This document shows, piece by piece, positions 29,470 to 39,898 of a stretch of DNA of 64,000 bases. The position numbers and the translations under genes are program-made. The DNA comes from Archangium sp. (GTDB taxonomy: Bacteria > Myxococcota > Myxococcia > Myxococcales > Myxococcaceae). Every line of letters begins with the position of its first letter. Position 1 is the stretch's first letter. The notes beneath the pieces were generated by a model. It saw nothing but the letters and a program-made list of their open reading frames with translations. It had not been told where the DNA came from and did not search any database. Location: positions 1 through 64,000 of the forward strand of contig JANLPS010000514.1 in the NCBI GenBank assembly GCA_031367385.1, in the 5' to 3' direction.

Positions 29470-31119
29470 ATGCTCGCCAAGCAGCTGCTTTTGACCGATG
29501 TCTTCGAATACGACCCCTCGGGCGGAGTGATGACCTTCGCCGGAGAACGCGTGCTGCTCTTCGACGCGATCGCGCTGGGCCTGCTGCGCAAGCAATTGAT
29601 CGACGCCTTTGGCCAGGGGGGTGCGCGGGCGCTGCTGACGCGCTTCGGGTACAGCCACGGTTGGCGGCTCGCGGAGTCGATGAAGAGCGCGATCAACTGG
29701 AGCGACGAGCGCGAGTGGCGAATCGCGGGCGGCCGGCTGCACCGGTTGCACGGCATGGTGACCTTCGAGCCGGTGGCCGAATCAGAGCGGGCCACGCCTC
29801 CCGCGTTTGCCGAAGCGGTGTGGCGAGACAGCTACGAGGCCGAGCAACACCTGTTGCTTCATGGGCAAGCCGACACCTGCGTCTGCTGGACCCTGCTCGG
29901 TTTCGCGTCTGGGTACTTGAGCCGCGCGAACGGGCGCACCGTCTACTGCCTCGAAGAGTCATGCCGCGGCAAGGGCGACGCGGTGTGCCGAATGGTCGGC
30001 CGCTTCAAAGAAGATTGGCCCGAAGCGCTGCACGCGCAGTTCGCGTTCTACGAAAAAGACTGTCTCGACGAGGCCCTGGTCACCCTGCAGTCAGAGCTGA
30101 AGCGAGTCGATCGCCGTTTGCAGCAGCGGCAACGCGAGATGAAGCGCCTGACTGATGACGGCTCGGGTTTGGTGCAGCGCAGCGAAGCGATGCAACGGCT
30201 TGTTGCACAAGCGAAGCGGGTGGCGGCGGTCGACTCGACGGTGATGCTTCTGGGCGAGTCTGGCTCGGGCAAAGAGCGCATCGCCCGGTTGATTCACGAG
30301 TCGTCGGGTCGGCAGGCTGGGCCATTCGTGGCGATCAACTGCGCTGCGGTGCCCGAGGCGCTGCTCGAGTCTGAGCTGTTCGGTCACGCGCGCGGGGCCT
30401 TCACCGGCGCCACCTCGGAGCGGCCGGGGCTCTTCGAATCGGCCAAGGGGGGCACGCTGCTGCTCGACGAGGTCGGCGAGATACCGCCGGCGATGCAGGT
30501 CAAGCTGCTGCGCGTGCTTCAAGAGCGCGAGGTGCGCCGGGTCGGAGAGAACCGAACGCGGCCCATCGATGTGCGGGTGATCTGCGCGACCCACCGTGAC
30601 CTCGCGGCCGAGGTGAAGGCCGGTCGCTTTCGTGAAGATCTCTACTTTCGGCTGCGGGTCATCGAGCTCAACGTGCCCGCGTTGCGAGAGCGCGGCGACG
30701 ACATCATACCGCTGGCCCATGCGGCGATGGCCGATGCCTGCGCACGCATGAAGCTGCCGACCAAAGAGCTCTCGCCCGCCACGCTCCGGTTGCTGTTGGC
30801 CTATCGCTGGCCGGGCAACGTGCGAGAGCTGTTCAACGCCATCGAGCGAACGGTGGTGCTCAGCGATGGGCGGCGGGTCGAGGTCGAAGATCTGCCCGTC
30901 GAGATTCAGCACCCTGCCCCCCTCGACGGCATCGGGGCGGCCACCGACGCCCGGCAAACCCTGGCGGAGGTCGAGCGGAGGGCCATTCTGACCACGCTGC
31001 AAGCCGAGGGGGGCAATCGTTCGAAGACCGCCGAGCGCCTGGGCATCGGGCAGGCGACGCTGTTTCGAAAGCTCAAGCAGTACCAAGGCGAAGGGCACCT
31101 CATCTCACCTGCAGCGTGA
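29470..31119 (+). CDS. XylR/DmpR-type sigma54 activator (XylR_N + V4R + AAA + HTH)
   Basis: [23 protein letters not shown]...[21 protein letters not shown] and GAFTGA. Confidence 0.92.
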   Translation: MLAKQLLLTDVFEYDPSGGVMTFAGERVLLFDAIALGLLRKQLIDAFGQGGARALLTRFGYSHGWRLAESMKSAINWSDEREWRIAGGRLHRLHGMVTFEPVAESERATPPAFAEAVWRDSYEAEQHLLLHGQADTCVCWTLLGFASGYLSRANGRTVYCLEESCRGKGDAVCRMVGRFKEDWPEALHAQFAFYEKDCLDEALVTLQSELKRVDRRLQQRQREMKRLTDDGSGLVQRSEAMQRLVAQAKRVAAVDSTVMLLGESGSGKERIARLIHESSGRQAGPFVAINCAAVPEALLESELFGHARGAFTGATSERPGLFESAKGGTLLLDEVGEIPPAMQVKLLRVLQEREVRRVGENRTRPIDVRVICATHRDLAAEVKAGRFREDLYFRLRVIELNVPALRERGDDIIPLAHAAMADACARMKLPTKELSPATLRLLLAYRWPGNVRELFNAIERTVVLSDGRRVEVEDLPVEIQHPAPLDGIGAATDARQTLAEVERRAILTTLQAEGGNRSKTAERLGIGQATLFRKLKQYQGEGHLISPAA

Positions 31120-31187
31120 CGCCTGTGGTGGCTCACGCTGCGGCGCGACATTTCGGTAACCGATCTTGCTGCAGTGCAGCATTATGT

Positions 31188-31207
31188 GTTACCGACCGAC
31201 CGGTAAC
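31188..31207. promoter_or_regulatory. Putative AibR (TetR) operator
   Basis: Inverted repeat GTTACCG-ACCGAC-CGGTAAC about 30 bp upstream of the TetR gene. Confidence 0.7.
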
Positions 31208-31235
31208 CTCATTTTTTCGCTGCCCAAGGTGATTC

Positions 31236-31898
31236 GTGAGCATCAAAAAGGGTCGAGACGAATCACTGAAGCGCCAGCGTGAGGTGTTCGAGACGGCGGC
31301 GCGGCTGATCTGCAAACGCGGCTACGACGGCACCAGCATTCAAGAGATCGCCGACGCCTGCGGCATGACCAAGGCGGGGCTGTACCACCACATCGGCAGC
31401 AAAGAGGGCCTGCTCTCGGCGATCATGGAGTACGGCATGGACCTCTTCGACAAAGAGGTGCTCGCGCCGGCGCAGGCGATGGAGAACCCGGTCGAGGCGC
31501 TGAAGACCTGCATGGCGCGCAACATCAAGCTGGTGACGCGCGGCGCGAACAAAGAGATCACCATCATTTTGCACGAGCACGCGACGTTGCACGGCCCCGC
31601 GGGCAAGCACATCAACGCGCGCAAGAAAAAGTACGTGCGGTTTCTCGAGCAGTCATTCGAGAAGGCGGTGAGCCAGAAGCTGATTCGGCCGGTCAACGCA
31701 ACCATCGCCGCCTACGGTTTTCTGGGCATGGTGTTGTGGACCTACAAGTGGTTTCAGCCTGAGGGCGAGCTGACCGAGACGCAGCTGGCCGACGGCATGG
31801 TCGACCTGCTCTTCACCGGGCTGGCACCCGCGGCCGCGACGGCGCCGTTGGGTTTCGCCGGCGTCACCCGTGGCTCGGCGCGCAAGGAGCGGCCGTGA
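31236..31898 (+). CDS. aibR: TetR-family regulator AibR
   Basis: TetR HTH (GYDGTSIQEIADACGMTKAGLYHH), first gene of an aibABC-like operon. Confidence 0.82.
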   Translation: MSIKKGRDESLKRQREVFETAARLICKRGYDGTSIQEIADACGMTKAGLYHHIGSKEGLLSAIMEYGMDLFDKEVLAPAQAMENPVEALKTCMARNIKLVTRGANKEITIILHEHATLHGPAGKHINARKKKYVRFLEQSFEKAVSQKLIRPVNATIAAYGFLGMVLWTYKWFQPEGELTETQLADGMVDLLFTGLAPAAATAPLGFAGVTRGSARKERP

Positions 31899-32704
31899 TT
31901 CGCGACCGCTGGACGAGCCTCGAGGCGCTGGTGCGTTCGGTGCCTGACGGTGCGTCGATCGCGACGGGCGGCTTCATGTTGGGCCGGGCTCCGCTGGCAC
32001 TGGTATTCGAGCTGATCAGGCAAGAGCGTCGCGGGCTGCGGCTGCTCTCGTTGCCCAACCCGCTTTCGGCCGAGCTGTTGATCGCCGGCGGCTGTCTGCG
32101 GCGCGTCGAATTTCCTTTCGGGGCGATCAGCGTCGCGGGCCGGGTACGGTCGATGCCGTGCCTGAAGCGGGCAATCGAGCAATCGAAGATCGAATGGGTC
32201 GAGCACGATGGCTACCGGGTGGTGCAGCGGCTGCGAGCAGCGGCGATGGGGTTGCCATTCATTCCCGCTCCCGACATCGACGCGTCGGCGCTGACTGAGC
32301 TCGAGCCGGTGCGGTACGCCGAAGACCCGTTCACGGGCCTCAAAGTGCCGGTCGAGCAGGCCTACTCGCCTGATGTCGCGCTGATTCACGCGCATCTGGC
32401 TGACGACCAGGGCAACCTGTTCATCGAAGACCCGACGACCGATCTGCTGATCGCCGGGGCGTCGGCCCGGGTGCTGGCGACGGCTGAGAAGCGGGTGGCG
32501 CGGCTGACCCGAGTGACGGTGCCGTCGTTTCAGGTCGACGCGGTGGCCCAGGTGCGCGGAGGCGCGCTGCCCACCGGGTGCGTGGGCGACTACGACTATG
32601 ACGAGGCGGCGCTGCTCGAATACCTCGAGCTGGCCGAGGCGGGTCGAGAGACCGAGTGGCTGCGAGCCCGTGTGCGCTCACCACTGAACGCGGTGGCGGC
32701 GTGA
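31895..32704 (+). CDS. aibA: 3-methylglutaconyl-CoA decarboxylase subunit A (CoA-transferase fold)
   Basis: ATGGFMLGRAP, LSLPNPL, MPCLKRA, EHDGYRVVQRLRAA and EDPTTDLL match Myxococcus AibA as I recall it. Confidence 0.88.
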   Translation: MIRDRWTSLEALVRSVPDGASIATGGFMLGRAPLALVFELIRQERRGLRLLSLPNPLSAELLIAGGCLRRVEFPFGAISVAGRVRSMPCLKRAIEQSKIEWVEHDGYRVVQRLRAAAMGLPFIPAPDIDASALTELEPVRYAEDPFTGLKVPVEQAYSPDVALIHAHLADDQGNLFIEDPTTDLLIAGASARVLATAEKRVARLTRVTVPSFQVDAVAQVRGGALPTGCVGDYDYDEAALLEYLELAEAGRETEWLRARVRSPLNAVAA

Positions 32705-33429
32705 GCGACGACCTGCAGGCGAACACCCTCGTGTCGTTGTTGGCCCGGCAGCTGGCCGAGCAGTGCGTGGTGGCGACCGGAGTGGTCTCGCCGCTGGCGA
32801 TCTTGGCGATCGCCGTGGCGCGGACGACCCACGCGCCCAACCTCACCTACATTTCGTGCGTCGGGGCACTCGACCCCAGCCTGCCGACGCTGCACCCCTC
32901 TTCAGAGGCCTTGCAGTACCTCGACGGCCGACGGGCCGAGGTGTCGATCGCCGACCTGTTCGATCACGCACGCCGCAACCGGGTCGACACGGTGTTCTTC
33001 GGAGCCGCCGAGGTCGACGGCCTGGGGCAGACCAACATGAGCGCGGCTGGCAGTCTGAGCCACCCGACCGTGAAGTTCCCCGGGGTGGCGGGGGCGAGCT
33101 CGCTGCGACGCTGGGCCAAGAAGCCGGTGTTGCTGATCATGAAGCACAGCAAACGCTCGTTGGTGCCGGCGGTTCAGGTCGCGACGACGAGCGACCCGAT
33201 GCGCCGCACCACGCTGATCACCGACCTGGCGATCTTCGAGGTGGGCACGGCCGGCGCGGTCTTGCAGGCCCGTCACCCCTGGGCGAGCGAAGCGCTGATC
33301 GCCGAGAAGACCGGGTTCAGCTACCGAACGGCGAGCAGTCTCGAGGTGACCGAGGTGCCCAGCGAAGCCACGGTGCGCGCCATTCGCTCAATCGACACGA
33401 GCAACCTGCGTCAGTCGCTGGTCGGCTGA
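32701..33429 (+). CDS. aibB: 3-methylglutaconyl-CoA decarboxylase subunit B
   Basis: VATGVVSPLAILAIAVAR.THAP.LTY..CVG, DLFDHARR, FFGAAEVD and KFPGVAGA. Confidence 0.88.
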   Translation: MSDDLQANTLVSLLARQLAEQCVVATGVVSPLAILAIAVARTTHAPNLTYISCVGALDPSLPTLHPSSEALQYLDGRRAEVSIADLFDHARRNRVDTVFFGAAEVDGLGQTNMSAAGSLSHPTVKFPGVAGASSLRRWAKKPVLLIMKHSKRSLVPAVQVATTSDPMRRTTLITDLAIFEVGTAGAVLQARHPWASEALIAEKTGFSYRTASSLEVTEVPSEATVRAIRSIDTSNLRQSLVG

Positions 33430-33462
33430 TCTCTCAAAACCCACACGAGCAAAACCCCACCC

Positions 33463-34497
33463 ATGAAAGCAGTGATTCTTCGAGAGTACGGCGGGCCCGA
33501 CAAGCTTCAATTCGGCACGATGCCAGACCCGACGCCAGGCCGCGGCGAGGTGTTGTTGCGAGTACAGGCGTGCGGCGTTTGCTACCACGACCTGATCGCC
33601 AGGCGAGGCGACATCGGCACGTGCATGCCGACGATCTTGGGGCACGAGGTGGTCGGCGAGGTGATCGACCTCGGCACCGATGTCACAGGGTGGAAGGTGG
33701 GCGACCGCGCCGCGACCCTGCAGCGCATGAGCTGCGGCGATTGCATGTACTGCAACCAGAACCGCAACAGCCTCTGCAAGAACGATCGGCGCTTCTTCGG
33801 CGAAGAGATTCATGGCGGGTATGCGACGTTGATGACGGCTCCGATCTTGGGGCTGTGCCACGTGCCTGATTCGCTGTCGTCACCCGACGCGGCGACGGTG
33901 TGCTGCACGACCGGCACCGCGGTGCACGTGTGTCGCACCCGCGGCCGTGTGAAGGCTGGCGAGATCGTGTTGATCACCGGCGCGAGCGGCGGGGTGGGTC
34001 TTCAAGCCGTGCAGCTGTGCACGCACGACGGCGCGAAGGTGATCGCGATCACCTCGAGCCCGAAGAAAGTCGCGGCGCTGCAGGCCGCGGGAGCATGGGA
34101 GGTGATCGTGGCCCCCGAGCTTCGGTTCGCGAACGACGTGAAGCGCATCACCCACGGTGCCGGCGTCGATGTGGCGCTGGAGATCGTCGGCAGCACGACC
34201 TTTTCGCAAACACTCAAGTGCATGGCACCAGGAGGCCGGGTGGTGGTCGTCGGCAACCTCGACACCGGGTCATTCGACTTGAACCCCGGGCTGGTCATCG
34301 TCAAAGAGCTCGAGATCATCGGTGCATACGCCACGACGCGTGATGAGCTCGATACCGCGCTCGAGCTGACCGCGGCTGGGCACGTGAAGTCGTGCGTGAG
34401 CGAGGTCTTGCCGCTGGCTGACGCTGCCTCGGTTCACTCCCGGCTCGAGAATCGGCAGATCTCCGGGCGCGTGGTGCTGGTGCCTCCGGCGTTGTGA
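33463..34497 (+). CDS. aibC: Zn-dependent MDR oxidoreductase (dimethylacrylyl-CoA reductase AibC)
   Basis: CGVCYHD, LGHE, CGDCMYC...C and TGASGGVG; sits directly after aibAB. Confidence 0.82.
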   Translation: MKAVILREYGGPDKLQFGTMPDPTPGRGEVLLRVQACGVCYHDLIARRGDIGTCMPTILGHEVVGEVIDLGTDVTGWKVGDRAATLQRMSCGDCMYCNQNRNSLCKNDRRFFGEEIHGGYATLMTAPILGLCHVPDSLSSPDAATVCCTTGTAVHVCRTRGRVKAGEIVLITGASGGVGLQAVQLCTHDGAKVIAITSSPKKVAALQAAGAWEVIVAPELRFANDVKRITHGAGVDVALEIVGSTTFSQTLKCMAPGGRVVVVGNLDTGSFDLNPGLVIVKELEIIGAYATTRDELDTALELTAAGHVKSCVSEVLPLADAASVHSRLENRQISGRVVLVPPAL

Positions 34498-35126
34498 CGA
34501 GTGCTCGCGCCGCATTGCGCGTTCGAACGTTCGGCTTGTGCCCGGAGCTGGAGGTGTGGGCGGCCGATGAACCGGTGCCCCTGTGGGAGGCGCTGGAGTT
34601 GGAGACCGGAAAACGCGAGGGCCCGCCATTCTGGGGTCACGCCTGGCCGGGGAGCCTGGCGCTGGCGCGTTGGGTGATGGATCAGCCGAGCCTGGTGCGG
34701 AAACAGCCGGTGCTCGACTTCGCGACCGGCTGCGGTCTGTCGGCGATCGCGGCCGCCCGCGCAGGCGCTTCGAGTGTGCTGGCGACCGACATCGATGTGC
34801 ATGCGATCACCGCGTGCCATGAAAACGCGAAGCTCAATGGGTGCTCGATTGATGCGCAGCAACGAGACGTGATCGGCCTCGACGAGGGGTGGTCGGTGAT
34901 CTTGGTCGGCGACGTGTTCTACGAGGCGGAGCTGTCGGCGCGGGTCTTCGGGTGGCTCGAGAAACTGGCGCGGCGCGGGGCGACTGTGTTGATCGGCGAC
35001 CCAGGGCGATCGTTTCTCCCGAGAGAAAAGCTGCGGTGCGAGGCGACGTACCCGCTCGATGTGGTCCCCGCGTGGGACAGCGTGAGCGATCGGCCTCCAC
35101 GGGTCTGGCGCGTGCTTGAAGGTTAA
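34494..35126 (+). CDS. Methyltransf_16 / METTL20-like protein lysine methyltransferase
   Basis: PPFWGHAWPGSLALARW, VLDFATGCG, GDVFYE and GDPGR. Confidence 0.82.
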   Translation: MTSARAALRVRTFGLCPELEVWAADEPVPLWEALELETGKREGPPFWGHAWPGSLALARWVMDQPSLVRKQPVLDFATGCGLSAIAAARAGASSVLATDIDVHAITACHENAKLNGCSIDAQQRDVIGLDEGWSVILVGDVFYEAELSARVFGWLEKLARRGATVLIGDPGRSFLPREKLRCEATYPLDVVPAWDSVSDRPPRVWRVLEG

Positions 35127-36589
35127 GGGGTGATGCGTTGCCACACATCGAGCTCGCTGTTGATTTGAGTGAAATGTGCGGTGCCAGACGCTCCGAGCTG
35201 CCACCGACCACGCCAGCCCAACACCAGATACGGGCACGAATTCATCAGCGGGAGACCCGCTTCGCGAGCAGAGCCGCTCTCGAACGCAGCGGCGGCATCG
35301 GTGAACCTTCGCCCACCTTGCGTTGCCTGAAGCAGCATCGACGCGTACGGGTCGACGACGGGGTTCTGCTCGGGGGTGTGAAAGGGCAAGCGCCCCGCCG
35401 CGAGAGCCCACGCTGGCTCGAACGAGAACAGACACGACTGCGCTGAAATCTCGCGGCGCGCGAACACGGCGAACTGCGCGGGTTTGTCGTCGTGATCGCG
35501 AGTGCTGAGCACCGCAAATCGAGTGGAGGGCACGACGAAGAGGATCATGATCACCGCCGCTCCCACGCTGGCACCAACCCCGCGTCGTCGCGCGAAGCTC
35601 CAAAGAGCAGCACCCGCGGCACCGGCGAGCACGGTCTGGAGGGGCGCGAGAAACGCGTCGTACTGATTCCAATACGTGGCGGCGCCCAGGAAGCTCGTCG
35701 CGATCAGCGCGAAGCCGATGAAGAACAGCCGCGCGGCGCGCTCGAGCCTGAAACCTCGGCCCGCGATGACGAGCCCAGCCAGGCCCAGAACCCCAGCCAC
35801 CGGGTGCAGCCCGAGTAGCATTTCTTGGAGGCGCCCCACCCGACTCACAAGCCCATCGGGAGGACGTCGGAGATGAAATGCGACGACATCATTGAAGAAA
35901 TTTTCAGGTGCGGCGAGCAGCAACGGCGCGACGAGCACGATGCTGGTGAGCGCGGTCGCAACGACGAGATGTGGAGCGAGCGTTCGCCAATTCACGCGCG
36001 GTGTCGCGGCCAATGCGGCGAGCAAGAAAACGCCACCGGTGAGCTTCACCGAGATCGCGTACCCGAGAAAAAGCCCCGTGGCCCAAGCGCCCGAGCGCGA
36101 AACATTGCGCAACCACAGAGTCGCCGCGGCGAGGCACGCGACGTTGAGCACCGGTTCGAGAAACACTCCGCGCTCGACGATCACCGCCTCGGGGTAGGTC
36201 GCGTAGAGCACGGCGGCCAATACGCCCGCGACCATGCCTCGCCACCGCCATGCCAGCGCCCCCACCAACACGACATTGAATGCGCCGAGCAACGCCGAGA
36301 CGAAGCGGGAGGCCGCGTAGATTTCCGAGGGGTCGAGCCGTGGGAGGAGCGCGGTCGTGCCCAAGAAATACAGGAACCCAGGAGGGTGAACGAAGGTGAA
36401 ATCGCGGTACGGGAGCACGCCGCCGAACAGCAGCTGAGCGGCCGACGAGTAGACGCCTTCGTCGTAGTCGACCGGCACTCGCCAGGCCCCCCAGCGAACC
36501 AGGGGCCAAACCCGGAGAATCGCGGCGCTTATTGCGATGAGGGCCAGAATCGGAGGGGTGGCGCGCCAGACGGCCTTGGGTCTCAACAC
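35123..36589 (-). CDS. ArnT/PMT-like (GT-C) membrane glycosyltransferase (start approximate)
   Basis: DYDEGVY, PYRDFTFVHPPG, LEP and VKL motifs with many TM helices. Confidence 0.75.
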   Translation of the reverse strand: MLRPKAVWRATPPILALIAISAAILRVWPLVRWGAWRVPVDYDEGVYSSAAQLLFGGVLPYRDFTFVHPPGFLYFLGTTALLPRLDPSEIYAASRFVSALLGAFNVVLVGALAWRWRGMVAGVLAAVLYATYPEAVIVERGVFLEPVLNVACLAAATLWLRNVSRSGAWATGLFLGYAISVKLTGGVFLLAALAATPRVNWRTLAPHLVVATALTSIVLVAPLLLAAPENFFNDVVAFHLRRPPDGLVSRVGRLQEMLLGLHPVAGVLGLAGLVIAGRGFRLERAARLFFIGFALIATSFLGAATYWNQYDAFLAPLQTVLAGAAGAALWSFARRRGVGASVGAAVIMILFVVPSTRFAVLSTRDHDDKPAQFAVFARREISAQSCLFSFEPAWALAAGRLPFHTPEQNPVVDPYASMLLQATQGGRRFTDAAAAFESGSAREAGLPLMNSCPYLVLGWRGRWQLGASGTAHFTQINSELDVWQRITP

Positions 36590-36907
36590 CGCGCGCGCTC
36601 GCCCGAAGCCACTTGAGGCGGCGACGCTAACCGCTGCTGTGCTTGGTCGTAAGAGAATTGAACGGCTGTTTTCTGCGCATTGAAGGCAATCGAGCGGCAC
36701 TCGGCCCTTCTCATTCTCATCAGCGCAGGAGCCGGTATCACTCCCCAGACCTGGCTCGGCCGCGATTTCAGCGACGTCTCGTGGTTCATGCACCTCGGGC
36801 ACCCTCTTCGTGGGCGGCGGGGGCGAGAAGTTGGCGATCGAAGTTCGTCTGGAGCGGATCGAAAACGTCGCCGGTTCACCCTGAAGCGACCGTAGACTCT
36901 CAAGCGC

Positions 36908-39430
36908 TTGCGCATTCGAGCGGTCACCGCAGTCTACTGTCTCACGCTCTTCGCCTGTACTTCAGGCGAAGTCGACGCGCCGGTTGGGGTTGCGCGGGCA
37001 CCGTTGGTCGACGTGTGGGCGAGCCCGACCTCGACCGTACCGAAGGGCAGCGCGCCACAGCGACCGGTGTTCGACGGCACGCAGTTCTGGGTGACGCACT
37101 CGGTGCGCACTGGCGACCCGTTCGACACCCGCGATGTGCTCCGGCGCTACGACGCGCAGGGCAACCTCGCCGACACCGGCCCGGTGCGAATCGGCGTCAG
37201 GGGCGGCAAGCTCGTTCGCATTAACGGCTCGCTGGTGTCGTTGTCGATTTCAAAAACGCCCGACGGCGGTGCGGCGCTCTTCACGCAACCGATCAACGCC
37301 CAGGGTTTGACCGGCGCGAGGGTTTTGACTCAAGAGCTGATGCCCGGGTCCGACTTGAACGGGCCGGAGTATTGGTACGTCGCTTCGAGCGCGACCGATT
37401 CGCGGGTGTTGATTCGCAATTTCCCCGCGGGCACGCAGACGGTGACTGAGCTGGCGGTCGCCGCCGACGGTACGACCAGCGCCGCGACGACCGTCTGGCC
37501 AACCACGACCACGACGTTGTTCGACATGCACTTCGATGGCACTCGGTACCTCGCCCTCGTTGGTGAGGCCGATGGTGGGGTCGCGTTGATGGGCCTCTCT
37601 GGGCCGGGCAACGAGACGCGTTTCTATCGCCCGGTGGTCGCCGAGCCGGGCTTCAGTGGTGCTCTGGGCGGAGACGCGACGCTCGGCGGGGTGATCACCG
37701 CGAACCACGTGCAGCTCACCGTTGACGCCCAGCTCGTCACGGCGCCGATTGTGTTTTCTCGGCCTGCGGTGTCGTACCGCGACGGAGATCACCTCGTCGT
37801 GGTCTCGAGCGACGTGGGCTTCAGCACCCCACTCGCGGCGTACCCGGTGTTCATCGACGGCGGCATCGGCGCGAAGGTGGTGCTCGACCCGCCGTACACC
37901 GGCCCGATCTATTACTTCACCGAGAGCGCGATCGTGGCGCCGGTCGCGCTCTCGCCCACCACCGCCCTCGTGGGGTGGACACGACAGCAAGGTGGCACCG
38001 GCGCGTTCGTGAACGCGTTGACGTTGGGAGCGCTCGCCGACAATACGACAGCGCCGATGTACCCGAGCCCCGCGCTGTTCGCAGCTTCCGGCCCCATCGA
38101 CACGTTTGATTCACCTCCGCTGGTGGTGTGGGCACAGGAGAGCGTCTACGACGATCAATGCACGTTTGGCTTCGAGCGCATCGGCCCGACTGGTGGTCTC
38201 GATGCCACGCCGATACGGCTCGCCGACTGCCAGAACAGCTTTGGCACCTTTGCGATTGGCCCGATCGCGGCCTCGGGCATGAGCGGCGGCTGGCTGACCG
38301 TGTGGTCGACGCCGTTCGATATCTACTCGAAGACGATCAGCCTGAGCGGAGTGCCCGGCCCGACGCGCGTCATCAGCGCGAGCATCACGATTCTGCAACC
38401 AACTTCAATCGCCGCGGGCGGTGGCTCGTACCTGGTGACGGCGTCGAAGTTGTACAGCAGCACCATCGGGTATCTGGTGAACCCCGACGGCACGGCACAG
38501 AGCTCGGAGTTCACCATCAGCGGCGTGGGGGGCAACACCACCGCCACCGCCTATGACGGCACTCGATTTCATGTCGTGACCAGCGGCCTCTCGGTCACGC
38601 AATGGGCCATCGTTCAAGGCGGTACGCCGCAGCTTCGCAGCGCACTGTCGACTTCGCCCTCGGGGTTGGCATCGCTCGCCTCGGGCACCGGCCATGCGAG
38701 CGCCGCGTGGACAGACGGCGCTCGAGGTGCGCTCACCGTCAACGTGGCCCAGTTGGGCGCCTCGCCCTCACCGGTGCGGCTCGGGAGCTGGGACGCCGGC
38801 GATGTGAGCTCATTGTCGGTGGCCGAGACCGACTTCGGCACCCATGTCGCCGCTGGTTCGCCCAATGGCCTGCAGTGGTTCGACCTCTGGCCCGACGGAG
38901 GCTCGCGGCTGACGTTGCTCTTCGCCGGGTCGGCGGTTGCCAGCGCGAAGTTGCAGCACGCAGACGGCGGCATCGTGATGGTGCGCAGCATGACGCTCCC
39001 TGCGTCTCAGGTGCACGTCGACTGGGTTCGATTTCAGCCGACTGGCGCGAGCTGTGTTGACGACCTCGACTGCTTCGATTTTCGGTGTTTCGCCGGGGTG
39101 TGTTGCCCTACGTGCGTCGCTCCGCCAGACGCGGGTGCCCCCGATGCGGGCAGCCCTGATGCCGGCACCGCGGTGGTCGACTCGGGCCTGTCGACCGATG
39201 CGGGGCTCGACGCCGACGCCGGCGCGTTGGTCGATGCCGGAGCCTTCGATGCAGGCGCGGCGAGTGACGGCGGCAGTGTGATGACCGCCGATGCCGGAGC
39301 GGGCGTTCAAGGCATTCGCGTGTTGGCCGTCGGGTGCAGCTGCGCCTCGGTGTCGAGCAGCTCTGGGTTCTGGCTTGCGTTGCTGCTGCTCGGTGCCTGG
39401 CGCCGAGCTTTGCGCTCACAGGCTCAGTGA
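36908..39430 (+). CDS. Cell-surface protein with MYXO-CTERM-like sorting signal
   Basis: Lipobox-like LFAC, repeated (F/Y)DGT strands, a Cys-rich module, a DAG linker, and C-terminal GCSC...WLALLLLGAWRR. Confidence 0.8.
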   Translation: MRIRAVTAVYCLTLFACTSGEVDAPVGVARAPLVDVWASPTSTVPKGSAPQRPVFDGTQFWVTHSVRTGDPFDTRDVLRRYDAQGNLADTGPVRIGVRGGKLVRINGSLVSLSISKTPDGGAALFTQPINAQGLTGARVLTQELMPGSDLNGPEYWYVASSATDSRVLIRNFPAGTQTVTELAVAADGTTSAATTVWPTTTTTLFDMHFDGTRYLALVGEADGGVALMGLSGPGNETRFYRPVVAEPGFSGALGGDATLGGVITANHVQLTVDAQLVTAPIVFSRPAVSYRDGDHLVVVSSDVGFSTPLAAYPVFIDGGIGAKVVLDPPYTGPIYYFTESAIVAPVALSPTTALVGWTRQQGGTGAFVNALTLGALADNTTAPMYPSPALFAASGPIDTFDSPPLVVWAQESVYDDQCTFGFERIGPTGGLDATPIRLADCQNSFGTFAIGPIAASGMSGGWLTVWSTPFDIYSKTISLSGVPGPTRVISASITILQPTSIAAGGGSYLVTASKLYSSTIGYLVNPDGTAQSSEFTISGVGGNTTATAYDGTRFHVVTSGLSVTQWAIVQGGTPQLRSALSTSPSGLASLASGTGHASAAWTDGARGALTVNVAQLGASPSPVRLGSWDAGDVSSLSVAETDFGTHVAAGSPNGLQWFDLWPDGGSRLTLLFAGSAVASAKLQHADGGIVMVRSMTLPASQVHVDWVRFQPTGASCVDDLDCFDFRCFAGVCCPTCVAPPDAGAPDAGSPDAGTAVVDSGLSTDAGLDADAGALVDAGAFDAGAASDGGSVMTADAGAGVQGIRVLAVGCSCASVSSSSGFWLALLLLGAWRRALRSQAQ

Positions 39431-39898
39431 CATGTTCGCCGTCGCCCGCTCGTGGGCCAACAGCCAACGCTTGCGCTCGAGGCCTCCGCCGTAGCCAGTC
39501 AACGTGCCATTCGCCCCGATCACACGATGGCATGGCACCACGATGCTGATCGGGTTCGAGCCGTTGGCCAACCCCACGGCGCGAACCGCCTTCGGGTTGT
39601 CGATTCTCCGGGCGAGCTCTCCGTACGAGATGGTTTGACCGCAGGGTATGCCGCGCAAGGCCGACCAGACTTTGCATTGAAATGGCGTGCCATTCATCGC
39701 GACCTCGATGCCGTCAATGGCATGCAGGTCACCCGCGAAATACTCGGCCAGCCGCGTGGTGAGACCGAATGGGTTTGGGTGGGGCACGGGGCCACTGGGG
39801 TCGGGGCTCCAGTCGAGGCGGTGCAATCGCCCGAGGGCGTCGACGGTGAGGGTGAGGCTGCCGAGGGGCGCTTCGAGGGTGTCAGTGAGGTGGTTCAT
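39416..39898 (-). CDS. ogt: Methylated-DNA--protein-cysteine methyltransferase
   Basis: GTPFQ, RAVGLANGSNP, VPCHRVIG and GYGGGLERK. Confidence 0.95.
   Translation of the reverse strand: MNHLTDTLEAPLGSLTLTVDALGRLHRLDWSPDPSGPVPHPNPFGLTTRLAEYFAGDLHAIDGIEVAMNGTPFQCKVWSALRGIPCGQTISYGELARRIDNPKAVRAVGLANGSNPISIVVPCHRVIGANGTLTGYGGGLERKRWLLAHERATANMSLSL

Noticed and set aside
31154..31170. CGGTAACCGATCTTGC as a sigma54 promoter linking the XylR-type activator to the aib operon
   Set aside because: The spacing is 11; the sequence is better explained as part of the TetR-controlled promoter.
36680..36895. Short ORF containing LILISAGAGITP, reminiscent of a ferredoxin-reductase NAD-binding motif
   Set aside because: A single short motif with weak codon bias; could be a remnant but cannot be supported.
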